Assembly: GCA_045803545.1 (NCBI GenBank)
Contig: JBJMOW010000005.1
Span: forward strand, 992,001-1,056,000
Source: Gemmatimonadaceae bacterium
GTDB taxonomy: Bacteria > Gemmatimonadota > Gemmatimonadetes > Gemmatimonadales > Gemmatimonadaceae
DNA: 64,000 nt
Direction: 5' to 3'
Shown: in pieces, positions 40,649 through 49,949 of the stretch
Position numbering within the stretch: position 1 is the stretch's first letter
Layout: every line of letters begins with the position of its first letter
Notes under the pieces: model-generated
Databases searched by the model: none
What the model saw: only the letters and a program-made list of their open reading frames with translations
What the model was told of the DNA's origin: nothing
Position numbers and translations under genes: made by a program

Positions 40649-41818
40649 ATGGATTCATTGATTCGTGGATTCTTCAATTGCGCGGTGATTGTTGCGCTTA
40701 CTGCTTGTCACAGTGATTCGACCGGTCCAGGTGATGGCGGCTCCACTCCACCCCCAGGACTGACCCTCAAATTCAACTCTTTTCTTTCGGCTGGTCTGAA
40801 TGGACCTGTATTCCTGACTCAGCCGCTGAACGACGGAAGGATGTTCGTCGTCGAACAAGGCGGACGCATTCGCGTCGTACGTGATGGCGCGCTGCAAGCG
40901 ACGCCGTTCCTCGACATCTCGAGTCGAGTGTTGAGTGGTGGCGAGCGCGGATTGTTGAGCGTCGCGTTTCATCCTCAGTACGCGACCAATCACTACTTTT
41001 ACGTCTACTTCACGACTCAGACCAACGGCGACATTCGGATCGAGCGATTCACTACGACAACGAATGCCGAAGTTGCTGATCCAGCGTCATCGAAACTGAT
41101 CATAACCATTCCGCATTCACAGTTCTCCAACCACAACGGCGGACTGGTATCCTTCGGACCCGACGGAATGCTCTACGCGGGAGTTGGAGACGGTGGCAGC
41201 GGCGGCGATCCCAACGGCAATGGTCAGAACTTCAATGCCCTGCTCGCGTCATTGATACGCCTTGATGTGGATCACGGCGATCCATACGCGATCCCGGCCG
41301 ACAATCCATTCGTGAACCAGACCGGAAAGCGCGGAGAAGTTTGGGCGAAAGGACTGCGCAATCCGTGGCGCTATTCGTTCGACGCTGCAACCAGTTTGCT
41401 TTACATCGCCGATGTCGGTCAGGATGCTCATGAAGAGATCGACGTCACGGCTACCAATCGCGGCGGGCTCAACTACGGCTGGAACATCATGGAGGGATTC
41501 AGCTGCTACAGTCCCGCTTCCGGCTGCAACCAGACGGGCCTCGAGAAGCCGCTCATCGATTACCCGCACAGCCAGGGATGTTCGATCACTGGCGGATACG
41601 TTTACCGCGGCAACGACATTCCCGACATTCGCGGCCACTACTTCTACTCGGACTACTGCACGGGTTTCCTGAAGAGTCTTCGCTACTCGAACGGCACCGC
41701 GGTTGACCAGAAGGATTGGGGAATAACCAACAGCTCGGTGACGTCGTTTGGCGTCGATTTCGCCGGAGAGCTGTACATGATCACCGGCAACACCATTCTC
41801 AAGCTGGCGCAGGGCTGA
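40649..41818 (+). CDS. PQQ-dependent glucose/sorbosone dehydrogenase family lipoprotein
   Basis: LTAC lipobox, GERGLL..AFHP, NHNGG, GDGG, GLRNPWR and DVGQ. Confidence 0.9.
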   Translation: MDSLIRGFFNCAVIVALTACHSDSTGPGDGGSTPPPGLTLKFNSFLSAGLNGPVFLTQPLNDGRMFVVEQGGRIRVVRDGALQATPFLDISSRVLSGGERGLLSVAFHPQYATNHYFYVYFTTQTNGDIRIERFTTTTNAEVADPASSKLIITIPHSQFSNHNGGLVSFGPDGMLYAGVGDGGSGGDPNGNGQNFNALLASLIRLDVDHGDPYAIPADNPFVNQTGKRGEVWAKGLRNPWRYSFDAATSLLYIADVGQDAHEEIDVTATNRGGLNYGWNIMEGFSCYSPASGCNQTGLEKPLIDYPHSQGCSITGGYVYRGNDIPDIRGHYFYSDYCTGFLKSLRYSNGTAVDQKDWGITNSSVTSFGVDFAGELYMITGNTILKLAQG

Positions 41819-41831
41819 TGGAGGGCGAGGC

Positions 41832-41981
41832 ATGATTCGGAAGATCAAATCGGGCGAATACAGACTCTATTCGCGCAAGAAAAACCCGAAGACGGGACGC
41901 CGTCGCAACCTTGGCACCTTCAAATCGCTGGCAGCGGCCAAAAAACACGAACGTGCCGTGCAGTTTTTCAAGCGCGGATAG
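41832..41981 (+). CDS. 49-aa highly basic small protein
   Basis: MIRKIKSGEYRLYSRKKNPKTGRRRNLGTFKSLAAAKKHERAVQFFKRG with RBS-like GGAGG/GAGG upstream. Below the ORF-track cutoff. Confidence 0.8.
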   Translation: MIRKIKSGEYRLYSRKKNPKTGRRRNLGTFKSLAAAKKHERAVQFFKRG

Positions 41982-42056
41982 ACGGCTGTTCCAAGGGGTG
42001 CGCGCCGCCGTCGCGCATCATATGTTGGTAGAAATGCACCGCAACATTTCCGACGC

Positions 42057-44360
42057 GTGACGCTTCCTCCGCTTCACGCATCCGGCTCAGGCGACACCAC
42101 GTTTTCGCCCTCCTCCCCCCTGAACGAGCGCTACACCGTCGAGCGCCTTATTGGCCACGGCGGGATGGCGACCGTGCACCTCGCCGAGGAGCGCAAGCAC
42201 AGTCGCAAGGTCGCGATCAAGGTGCTGCGCCAGGAGTTCGCGGCGTCGGTGGGCGCGGAGAGATTCCTGCGCGAGATCGGCATCGCCGCGCGCCTTTCGC
42301 ATCCGCACATCGTCCCGCTGATCGACTCGGGCGAATCGGAGGGATCGCTTTACTACGTCTCTCCGTTTATCCCGGGCGGCTCGCTGCGTGACAAGCTGAA
42401 TAAGGAAAAGCGGCTGGCGATCGATGAGTCAATGCGCATCGCCCATGAAGTCGCCACCGCACTCGACTACGCGCATCGCAACGGATTCGTCCACCGCGAT
42501 GTGAAGCCCGAGAACATTCTGTTCGCCGACGATCACGCGCTGCTCGCCGACTTCGGCATCGCGCATGTATCGACGGCGACATCCGGTCGATCGCTAACCG
42601 GGGGTGGGCTCGCGCTCGGTACTCCCGAGTACATGAGTCCCGAGCAAGCGGCTGGAGATGCGGAAATCGGCGTGCCAGGCGACGTCTACGGACTGGCGTG
42701 TGTGTTCTACGAAATGCTTGCCGGCGAGCCGCCGCTCCGCGGTGCGACAGCGCGCGCAACGATGGCAAAGCAGGTGACCGAGCGACCGCGTCCGCTGCGC
42801 AGCTTGCGCCCCGATGCGCCCGCCGGCTTCGAGCGCGTGCTGGAGATGGCGCTCGCTAAGGATCCCACCCAACGATACCAGAGCGTCGTTGAATTCTGTA
42901 GCGCTCTCGATCGAGCGCGAGTCGAGCCCAGTCGACACTTTGCCACGACGACGCGCGCCATCGCGGTGCTGCCGTTCGTAAATCTGAGCCCCGATCCCGA
43001 CAACGAGTATTTGAGCGATGGCATCACCGACGAGCTGATCAACGCCCTCGCGAAAGTCGAAGGATTGCGCATCGCCTCGCGCACCTCCGTATTTGCATTG
43101 AAGGGCAAAGCCCAGGACGTGCGCGCGATTGGTGCGCTGCTCGAAGCAACCGAAGTTCTGGAGGGATCGGTCCGTCGCTCGGGCGACAATCTGCGCATCA
43201 CGGTGCAGCTGACGTCGACCGATGATGGGCGCCTGATGTGGTCGGAGCGATACGACCGCAAGCTCCACGATGTCTTTGAGATTCAGGACGAGATCTCACG
43301 CACGATCGTGACGACGCTGCGCGCGACGACCTTCGCCGACCTTGTGCTGGCCCCGCAAAGCCGGCACACCGACAACATCCAGGCTTACGGGCTCTATCTC
43401 CGCGGGCGCTATGAATGGAGCAAACGCACGTCGAAGGCTGTCGCTGAAGGGATCAAGTTCTTCGAGCAGGCGATCGCACTCGATCCATCCTACGCGCTCG
43501 CCTACACCGGCCTCGCTGATTCCTATTCGCTGTGGCTGGACTATCGGAACGTGCCGGTGCACGAGGGCCACGAGAAAGCAAAGTTCTATGCCCGCAAAGC
43601 GATCGCGCTCGACGAGTCGCTCGCCGAGCCGCACGCATCGCTGGCATGGAGTCTTTTCATTTACGACTGGAAGTGGGATGAGGCGGCGCGTGAGTTCCGG
43701 CGCGCCATCGAGCTCGATCCGCGCTACGCGCCGGCGCACCAGTGGTACGCATTCCTCCTTGCATCGCAGGGAAAGTTCGACGAGGCGCTGATCGAAGGGC
43801 ACACCGCTCTCGATAACGATCCGGCATCCGTCTCAGTGCGACGCAGCCTCGGCTACTGCTATCTCTACGCCCGACGCTATGAGGCGGCGCGTTATCACCT
43901 CGATCGCGCCATCGCGATGAACCCGGTGGCTGAGGAGAGTTACCGCATCCAGGGATTGATCCTGACCTTTGCCGGCGACTTTGTCGGCGCGGAGCGTGTG
44001 CTACGGGAAGCGCTATCGCTCGCGCCACCGAGTGGTGCGACTACCAAGGCGACACTGGCTTACTCTCTTGCGCGCGGCGGAGATCTAACGTACGCGCGCG
44101 AAGTCGCCGCCGAATTTGAGCGCCGACGGCAGACCGAGTACATCTCGCCGGTCGATATGACGATGCTCGAGATGGGTCTCGGCAATTACAACCCTGCACT
44201 TGGCTGGATCGATCGCTCGATCACCGAGCGACGCGGATGGGCGGCGTACCTGCGCGTGCATCCGCTCGTCGATCCGCTGCGCGGCGATTCTCGATTCGAC
44301 GAGTTGATCAAGAAGATGACATTCGATGCGCCCGCGGCTCCGCCGGTGATACTGCCCTAA
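42057..44360 (+). CDS. Hanks-type Ser/Thr kinase with TolB-N-like and TPR domains
   Basis: GHGGMATV, VAIK, HRDVKPEN, DFG, GTPEYMSPEQ, IAVLPF.NLS and TPRs. Confidence 0.93.
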   Translation: MTLPPLHASGSGDTTFSPSSPLNERYTVERLIGHGGMATVHLAEERKHSRKVAIKVLRQEFAASVGAERFLREIGIAARLSHPHIVPLIDSGESEGSLYYVSPFIPGGSLRDKLNKEKRLAIDESMRIAHEVATALDYAHRNGFVHRDVKPENILFADDHALLADFGIAHVSTATSGRSLTGGGLALGTPEYMSPEQAAGDAEIGVPGDVYGLACVFYEMLAGEPPLRGATARATMAKQVTERPRPLRSLRPDAPAGFERVLEMALAKDPTQRYQSVVEFCSALDRARVEPSRHFATTTRAIAVLPFVNLSPDPDNEYLSDGITDELINALAKVEGLRIASRTSVFALKGKAQDVRAIGALLEATEVLEGSVRRSGDNLRITVQLTSTDDGRLMWSERYDRKLHDVFEIQDEISRTIVTTLRATTFADLVLAPQSRHTDNIQAYGLYLRGRYEWSKRTSKAVAEGIKFFEQAIALDPSYALAYTGLADSYSLWLDYRNVPVHEGHEKAKFYARKAIALDESLAEPHASLAWSLFIYDWKWDEAAREFRRAIELDPRYAPAHQWYAFLLASQGKFDEALIEGHTALDNDPASVSVRRSLGYCYLYARRYEAARYHLDRAIAMNPVAEESYRIQGLILTFAGDFVGAERVLREALSLAPPSGATTKATLAYSLARGGDLTYAREVAAEFERRRQTEYISPVDMTMLEMGLGNYNPALGWIDRSITERRGWAAYLRVHPLVDPLRGDSRFDELIKKMTFDAPAAPPVILP

Positions 44361-44364
44361 CGGG

Positions 44365-44931
44365 TCAGCGTGATAGCTCGAAGCGAGCGACTTCTTCGTA
44401 GCGAGCGGGACCGCCGCCGAGTCGGCTTCGATACAGGACAACCGCGTCTACCGGCATTCGCAGTCCAATTCTCGTGTTGGGCGAGACGAGCGTCTTCACC
44501 GAGACGGGTGGCTCGATCCGGCTGAGGGTGAGATGCGGCCTGAACTCCTTGGACTCGGCGGGAAATCCCGCGCCGCGCGCGGCGGCTTCGGCGATCGCGC
44601 CGAGCTGAATCAGACGCTCAGCGCCCTCGTCGACGCCCACCCACAGAATTCGCGCGCGACGAGGGTGAGGGAACGCGCCCAACTCGGAGAACCTTACCGT
44701 GAACGCCGCGCCGCAAGTCGCCGCTTTGAGTCGCGGGATGATGTCTTCGCGCACTGAAGGCAGAGTCGATCCGAGAAACCGCAGGGTGAAGTGCCAGTTC
44801 GGCGGCGGGACCGGTTTGCCCGGTAGATTTGATGGCAGCAGCTTCTGGAGACCTCGTCGCGCATCGTCGGTGAGCGGCACGGCAATAAAAAGACGCTCCG
44901 GCTTTTCGGCCGCGTCAATGGTCATCGACAC
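44365..44931 (-). CDS. thpR: RNA 2',3'-cyclic phosphodiesterase (2H family)
   Basis: RLFIAV, HFTL.F and PHLTL.R. Confidence 0.9.
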   Translation of the reverse strand: MSMTIDAAEKPERLFIAVPLTDDARRGLQKLLPSNLPGKPVPPPNWHFTLRFLGSTLPSVREDIIPRLKAATCGAAFTVRFSELGAFPHPRRARILWVGVDEGAERLIQLGAIAEAAARGAGFPAESKEFRPHLTLSRIEPPVSVKTLVSPNTRIGLRMPVDAVVLYRSRLGGGPARYEEVARFELSR

Positions 44932-44937
44932 GATTTA

Positions 44938-46392
44938 CTAGAGGATGTAGCGACGCAGATCTTCGTCGTCGGCGATTGTCTTGAGGCGGTCGCGCACCAA
45001 CTGCTGGTCGACGCGAATGGCCTTCTGCTCGCTGTCAGGCAATCCGAACAGAACTTCCTCGAGCAACGTCGTCATCACGGTATGCAATCGACGCGCGCCG
45101 ATGTTTTCCATCCGCTCGTTTACGTGGGCGGCAATTTTCGCTATCTCGGCGATTCCATCAGGCGTGAATTCGAGCGATGCGCCGTCGGCCTCGATCAGTG
45201 CAGAGTACTGTTTGGTGAGCGCGTTCTCCGGCTCGGTCATTATCCGCACGAAGTCCTGCTCCGTCAAAGAATCCAGCTCGACGCGAATGGGAAATCTTCC
45301 CTGCAGCTCGGGAATCAGATCGCTCGGCTTGGCGACGTGGAACGCACCGGCGGCAATGAATAGCACGTGATCCGTCTTTACCATTCCGTGCTTGGTCTGA
45401 ACGTTGGACCCCTCGACGATCGGCAGCAGATCGCGCTGCACGCCCTCCCGGGAGACGTCGGGTCCACCGGTGCTCGGCCCGCGCTGGCCGGCGATCTTGT
45501 CGATCTCGTCGAGGAAGATGATCCCCATCGTCTGCACGCGGTCGAGCGCGTCGGCGGTGACGTCTTCCTTGTTGATCAATTTCTCCAGCTCTTCGCCGAG
45601 CAGAATCCGCCGGGCTTCCGAGACCTTCACCGTTCTTTTCTTTTTGCGCTTTGGCAGCATGTCCTGGAGCATCTCGGACAAATTGTCCATGCCTTCCGGC
45701 GCACCCTGCGGCACCATCATGTCGAACATCACCGGCGCTTGGGCAGTGACTTCGATCTCGATCTCGCGCTCTTCGAGATCTCCGTTAAGAAGCAGAGCCT
45801 TCAGTTTTTCGCGCGTGCGCTTGTAGCGAACTTCGGAAGCATCGGTCTCACTCGAGACGGCACCGGCAGGTGAGACGACGAAGAGATGCGCGCCACCGCC
45901 GGCGGCAGCGGTGGGTCTTGCTGCCTCTTTGATATCCGGCGGGACAGGCAGCAGCAAATCAAGCAATCGTTCTTCGACTTTCTGCTTCGCGATCTCCTGC
46001 ACTTCGCCTTCTCGCTCACCCCTCACCATATTGATGGCGCTCTCCACCAGATCGCGCACCATCGACTCGACATCTCGGCCGACATAGCCGACCTCGGTGA
46101 ACTTCGACGCCTCTACTTTCACGAAGGGTGCGCCGGCGAGTCGAGCCAGCCGACGAGCGATCTCTGTCTTTCCGACGCCGGTCGGTCCGACGAGGATGAT
46201 GTTGTTGGGCGAGATCTCTTCCCGGATTTTTTCCGGCGCGCGCTGACGCCGCCAGCGATTGCGCAACGCGATCGCCACCGCTTTCTTGGCATCAGCCTGA
46301 CCCACGATGTAGCGATCGAGCTCCTCAACGATCTGTCGCGGAGTCAGCGTCGTCAGCTTCTCCAGCGCCTGCTGGGTGCGGGGCGATGCCAT
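44938..46392 (-). CDS. hslU: ATP-dependent protease ATPase subunit HslU
   Basis: [17 protein letters not shown] and GARRL. Start at the TGATG overlap with hslV. Confidence 0.96.
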   Translation of the reverse strand: MASPRTQQALEKLTTLTPRQIVEELDRYIVGQADAKKAVAIALRNRWRRQRAPEKIREEISPNNIILVGPTGVGKTEIARRLARLAGAPFVKVEASKFTEVGYVGRDVESMVRDLVESAINMVRGEREGEVQEIAKQKVEERLLDLLLPVPPDIKEAARPTAAAGGGAHLFVVSPAGAVSSETDASEVRYKRTREKLKALLLNGDLEEREIEIEVTAQAPVMFDMMVPQGAPEGMDNLSEMLQDMLPKRKKKRTVKVSEARRILLGEELEKLINKEDVTADALDRVQTMGIIFLDEIDKIAGQRGPSTGGPDVSREGVQRDLLPIVEGSNVQTKHGMVKTDHVLFIAAGAFHVAKPSDLIPELQGRFPIRVELDSLTEQDFVRIMTEPENALTKQYSALIEADGASLEFTPDGIAEIAKIAAHVNERMENIGARRLHTVMTTLLEEVLFGLPDSEQKAIRVDQQLVRDRLKTIADDEDLRRYIL

Positions 46393-46931
46393 CAGCCTGG
46401 CTCCAGCACTGTGATGTTGGCGTTGGTGTACACGCAGATCTCGGCGGCAATCTCCAGCCCGCGTTGCACGATCTCGCGCGGCGCCAGGTCGGTGTTCTGC
46501 AAGAGGGCGCGAGCAGCAGCGAGCGCGTAGGATCCGCCCGAGCCAATCGCCAGGATGCCGTCGTCGGGTTCGATGATATCGCCGGTTCCGGAGATTACAA
46601 AGCTGTGATCCCGATCGGTGACAGCGAGTAGCGCTTCGAGCCGGCGCAGCACCCGGTCGCTGCGCCAATCCTTGGCGAGCTCGACCGCGGCGCGCGGCAA
46701 GTTCCCGGGATAGCGCTCGAGCTTCTCTTCGAACTTCTCGAACAGCGTGAACGCGTCGGCCGCCGCGCCGGCAAATCCCGCCAGCAGCTTGCCGCCGTGT
46801 AGGGACCGCACCTTCTGGGCGTTCGATTTCATCACCGTTTGACCAACGGTGACCTGTCCATCCCCGCCGAGGGCCACCTTCCCGTCCCGGCGGACAGAAA
46901 GAATGGTCGTCGACCTGACCTTTTCGAGCAT
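46392..46931 (-). CDS. hslV: ATP-dependent protease peptidase subunit HslV
   Basis: TTI, GDGQVT, GSGG and CVYTN. Confidence 0.96.
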   Translation of the reverse strand: MLEKVRSTTILSVRRDGKVALGGDGQVTVGQTVMKSNAQKVRSLHGGKLLAGFAGAAADAFTLFEKFEEKLERYPGNLPRAAVELAKDWRSDRVLRRLEALLAVTDRDHSFVISGTGDIIEPDDGILAIGSGGSYALAAARALLQNTDLAPREIVQRGLEIAAEICVYTNANITVLEPG

Positions 46932-46943
46932 GGATGAAAGTAA

Positions 46944-47073
46944 CGGGAAGCGGGAGGCGGGAAGCGGGAGGGGGGAAGCGGGAGGGGGAACGGGGAAACC
47001 CCGAGCGCCAGGCTACGCCTCCCGCTTCCCGCTTCCCGCTTCCCTCTTCCCGCCTCCCGCTTCCCGCTTCCCG
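46944..47073. repeat. Palindromic heptamer-repeat element
   Basis: (CGGGA(A/G)G)x6 left arm, ~25-bp spacer, (C(C/T)TCCCG)x8 right arm. Confidence 0.9.
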
Positions 47074-47106
47074 CTCCTTCGCCCCGATCTTGCTCTTAAG
47101 CTTCCT

Positions 47107-47487
47107 ATGAGAGTCGAACAATTCCCCCTGCTACTCGGAGTTCTGGTAGCGTTGGTTGGCTTAACGATCCTTCTGGACGCCTGGCAAACCGGGGGTGTCG
47201 CCCCATTCCGCGAGCGCCGCCGCCGTGTCCGCGCCGTGCCCAATAAAGGGGGTCAGACGCTGATTGCCCTGGGTACGCTATGCATGGCTGCCGCGCTGTT
47301 CGGCCGAGATACGTGGCGCTGGGGGACGATCGCGGTGCTTACGGGCGCGGCGCTGCTTATCGTCGGGTCGTTCATGAACCGCGCTTATTTAAAGGAAGTG
47401 CTGCTCTTCCGCGGAGCCGCGCGCAGGGGTCAAGGGGAGTCGCACTCGCGGATCGATCAGACGCCGCCCAAGACCAGGATCCGCTGA
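47107..47487 (+). CDS. Small membrane protein (3 TM)
   Basis: [16 protein letters not shown]... with hydrophobic segments. Confidence 0.75.
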   Translation: MRVEQFPLLLGVLVALVGLTILLDAWQTGGVAPFRERRRRVRAVPNKGGQTLIALGTLCMAAALFGRDTWRWGTIAVLTGAALLIVGSFMNRAYLKEVLLFRGAARRGQGESHSRIDQTPPKTRIR

Positions 47488-47495
47488 CGCAGTTC

Positions 47496-48218
47496 CTAAA
47501 CGCCCCCGTACCACTCATATCCACGGTCCGACCAGTAGCCGCCGTTCATCGTCGGCATGAACACGATTCGGGTGAGATACTTGGTGTTCTTGTAGCCGAG
47601 TTTGACGGGCGAGTAGACCCGCGCAGGAGCTCCGTGCGCTGGCTCCAGTAGCTTGCCGTCGAGCCCGTAAGCGACGACGGTCTGAGGGTGCATCGCACTC
47701 TCCATGTCCCAGCTCTCGTGATATTCGTCGTCGAATGATTGGAAATCGACGAACTTCGCCTGCGGATCGGGCTGCACGAGTGCGGCGAGGTCTTTGAACG
47801 GAACGCCCGTCCACGTTTCGACAGCCGTCCATCCCTCGACGCAGTAGTGATTCACCCGATTCGATATCTGAGGCAGCCGCTGTAGGTCATCGAGAGTCAA
47901 TCGCAGCGGAATGCCAACCATGCCGTTTACTTCGAGCGACCACTTTCCGCGCGCGCTCTCATCCCATACCGGAACCGTGGGCGCGACATAGTACGATGGA
48001 AGCTTGTTGCCCGCATCGTACGCCCCTCCCCGCACGACATCCATTCGCGTGTGCCGAAACAATTTCGTCTCGAGGCCGCGATTCTTGCGCTCTGCGTACT
48101 TTAGCAACCGGTCGGCGGCCTTTGGTCCGCGCGAATTGCACGCAGCGATTAGAGCCGCGGAGATCAGTCCGCTGCTGCGCCAGATGAACTCGCGGCGATC
48201 GGGATCGCGCTCGCTCAC
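47496..48218 (-). CDS. Molybdopterin-dependent oxidoreductase (sulfite oxidase/MsrP-like), Tat-exported
   Basis: DRREFI Tat motif, HYCVEGW, HGAP.R and KLGYKNTKY. Confidence 0.9.
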   Translation of the reverse strand: MSERDPDRREFIWRSSGLISAALIAACNSRGPKAADRLLKYAERKNRGLETKLFRHTRMDVVRGGAYDAGNKLPSYYVAPTVPVWDESARGKWSLEVNGMVGIPLRLTLDDLQRLPQISNRVNHYCVEGWTAVETWTGVPFKDLAALVQPDPQAKFVDFQSFDDEYHESWDMESAMHPQTVVAYGLDGKLLEPAHGAPARVYSPVKLGYKNTKYLTRIVFMPTMNGGYWSDRGYEWYGGV

Positions 48219-48964
48219 GTTGGCTCCGACGGCGGCGCCGGGATCACGGAAGGTGATCGTCGTCGCGGAAAGAGATGGTAGAACGGCCGCGCGTTGCGCA
48301 CCTCCGGCGAATACTCAGGATTGTAGTTCCCCGTGATCATCGACGGGATCGAATACGGATCTACCGCAAACACCATGAAGACGTGCACCACGCTCAGGAT
48401 CACGATCCCCAGCATGGCGAGGAAGTGCCAGTAACGCGCCCACACGTAACCGCCAAATAATCCAGTGAGCGGCGCGAGCTGCACAGGCTTCCAGATCGCG
48501 AGACCGGTGAGCACGGCAAGGAGCCCGAACACAGGCAACAGAAAGTAAGCGGTCTTCTGCAGCGCGTTGTGCTTGCCCTGATGCGGATGGTCCTTGCGAC
48601 GGAAGGTGTAGAACTTGACCATCTGCCAGCTGTCACGAACATCGCCTTTGCGCGGGACCAGATCGCGCCATTCACCGTGCAGATAAATGAACGTGATGTA
48701 AACAAGCCCATTGACGACGAGCAGCCACATCGCCGCGAAGTGCCAGTGGCGCGCGCCACCGAGCCAGCCACCGAACGTCAGCCAGGCCGGAATTGGCTTG
48801 TGCTCGAACGGATAGCAGCAAAACATCTCGCCCTTGCGAGCGAACGCGGGATATGCGTTGAAAATACGAAGTCCGCTGCCGACCATAATGATGATCGCAA
48901 GCACGTTCACCCAATGGGTGACGCGAACGATCCAATGATGGCGTTTTGCCGGCTTTGTGTGCAC
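48215..48964 (-). CDS. Cytochrome b partner subunit
   Basis: RVTHW, RHWHF, NALQK.AY and RYWHF..HV.M. GTGA overlap with the oxidoreductase. Confidence 0.88.
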   Translation of the reverse strand: MHTKPAKRHHWIVRVTHWVNVLAIIIMVGSGLRIFNAYPAFARKGEMFCCYPFEHKPIPAWLTFGGWLGGARHWHFAAMWLLVVNGLVYITFIYLHGEWRDLVPRKGDVRDSWQMVKFYTFRRKDHPHQGKHNALQKTAYFLLPVFGLLAVLTGLAIWKPVQLAPLTGLFGGYVWARYWHFLAMLGIVILSVVHVFMVFAVDPYSIPSMITGNYNPEYSPEVRNARPFYHLFPRRRSPSVIPAPPSEPT

Positions 48965-48983
48965 AGCGAGAAACTACTGCCGG

Positions 48984-49949
48984 CTAGGCCCGCGGGTGAG
49001 CCTTGTTGTAGACCTGCTTCAAGCGCTCAATGCTCGTGTGAGTGTAAATCTGGGTGGTAGAGATCGACGAGTGACCCAGCAGCTCCTGCACGGCCCGCAG
49101 ATCGGCGCCGGCGTCGAGCAGATGTGTCGCGAACGAGTGACGCAGCGAGTGGGTCGAAAGTCCGGAGCTTTCGTCGATGAGATCGAGGAAGCTCTTAACA
49201 GCGTTCTGGATCGCCCGCACGGAGATGCGCTTTCCTCGGCTGCTCAGAAAGAAGGCGGTGCGGTCCCCAGCCTGCCCAATCGCGCGCAGCAGCTCGTCGC
49301 GCTTCGACTCGTAGTTTCTCAACGCGAGCTGCGCGTGATCGCCAATTGGAATGATGCGCTCCTTCCTGCCCTTCCCCCGCACCTTCACTTGTTGCGACAG
49401 TAGATCGATGTCCATCCGATTGATACCGCGGAGCTCCGACAATCTCATACCCGTTGAATAAAACAGCTCGAGGATCGCCGAGTTCCTGATATCGGTGAAT
49501 CGGCCTGCCTGCGCGCGCAGCTGGGCGTTCTCGAATAGCAGATCGATCTGCGTGCGATCGAGATACGCCGGGAGGTACTTGTCCTGCTTCGGTGTGTTCA
49601 CGCCGCGCGCTGGATTCGCCTCCACGATCTCATTTCGATGCAGATACTTGTAGAAGCTGCGAATCGCCGACAAGCTGCGCGCGATGGAGCGCTTGTTGAG
49701 TTTCTTGCGCGTCAGGTGTCCGAGAAAGCCGCGAATAGCCAGGCGATCGAGCCCCTGCCACGTCCACTCCCGCGCACCGTAGTAGGAGCCAAGGAATTGA
49801 ACAAACTCATCAAGGTCGCGTCTGTAGGCGACGACGGTATTGGGAGAAACGTCGCGCTCTTTTTCGAGGTGGGTTAGAAAATCCGAGACTGGCTGCGGCC
49901 GATCATCGTTCCCTGCATCCGCAGCCCGCTTCCCGCCTCCCGCCCTCAC
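48984..49949 (-). CDS. xerC: Tyrosine recombinase XerC
   Basis: TGMRLSE, GKG.KER, HSLRHSFATH, LGH and Y. Start GTG overlaps the trmFO stop. Confidence 0.92.
   Translation of the reverse strand: MRAGGGKRAADAGNDDRPQPVSDFLTHLEKERDVSPNTVVAYRRDLDEFVQFLGSYYGAREWTWQGLDRLAIRGFLGHLTRKKLNKRSIARSLSAIRSFYKYLHRNEIVEANPARGVNTPKQDKYLPAYLDRTQIDLLFENAQLRAQAGRFTDIRNSAILELFYSTGMRLSELRGINRMDIDLLSQQVKVRGKGRKERIIPIGDHAQLALRNYESKRDELLRAIGQAGDRTAFFLSSRGKRISVRAIQNAVKSFLDLIDESSGLSTHSLRHSFATHLLDAGADLRAVQELLGHSSISTTQIYTHTSIERLKQVYNKAHPRA

Noticed and set aside
46393..47121. 727-aa extended HslU ORF from the track
   Set aside because: The extension overlaps hslV and the repeat palindrome; the real start is ATG 46392.
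48984..49949. Tyrosine recombinase as a mobile-element integrase
   Set aside because: Sits in the housekeeping topA-trmFO-xerC context and has XerC-like sequence.
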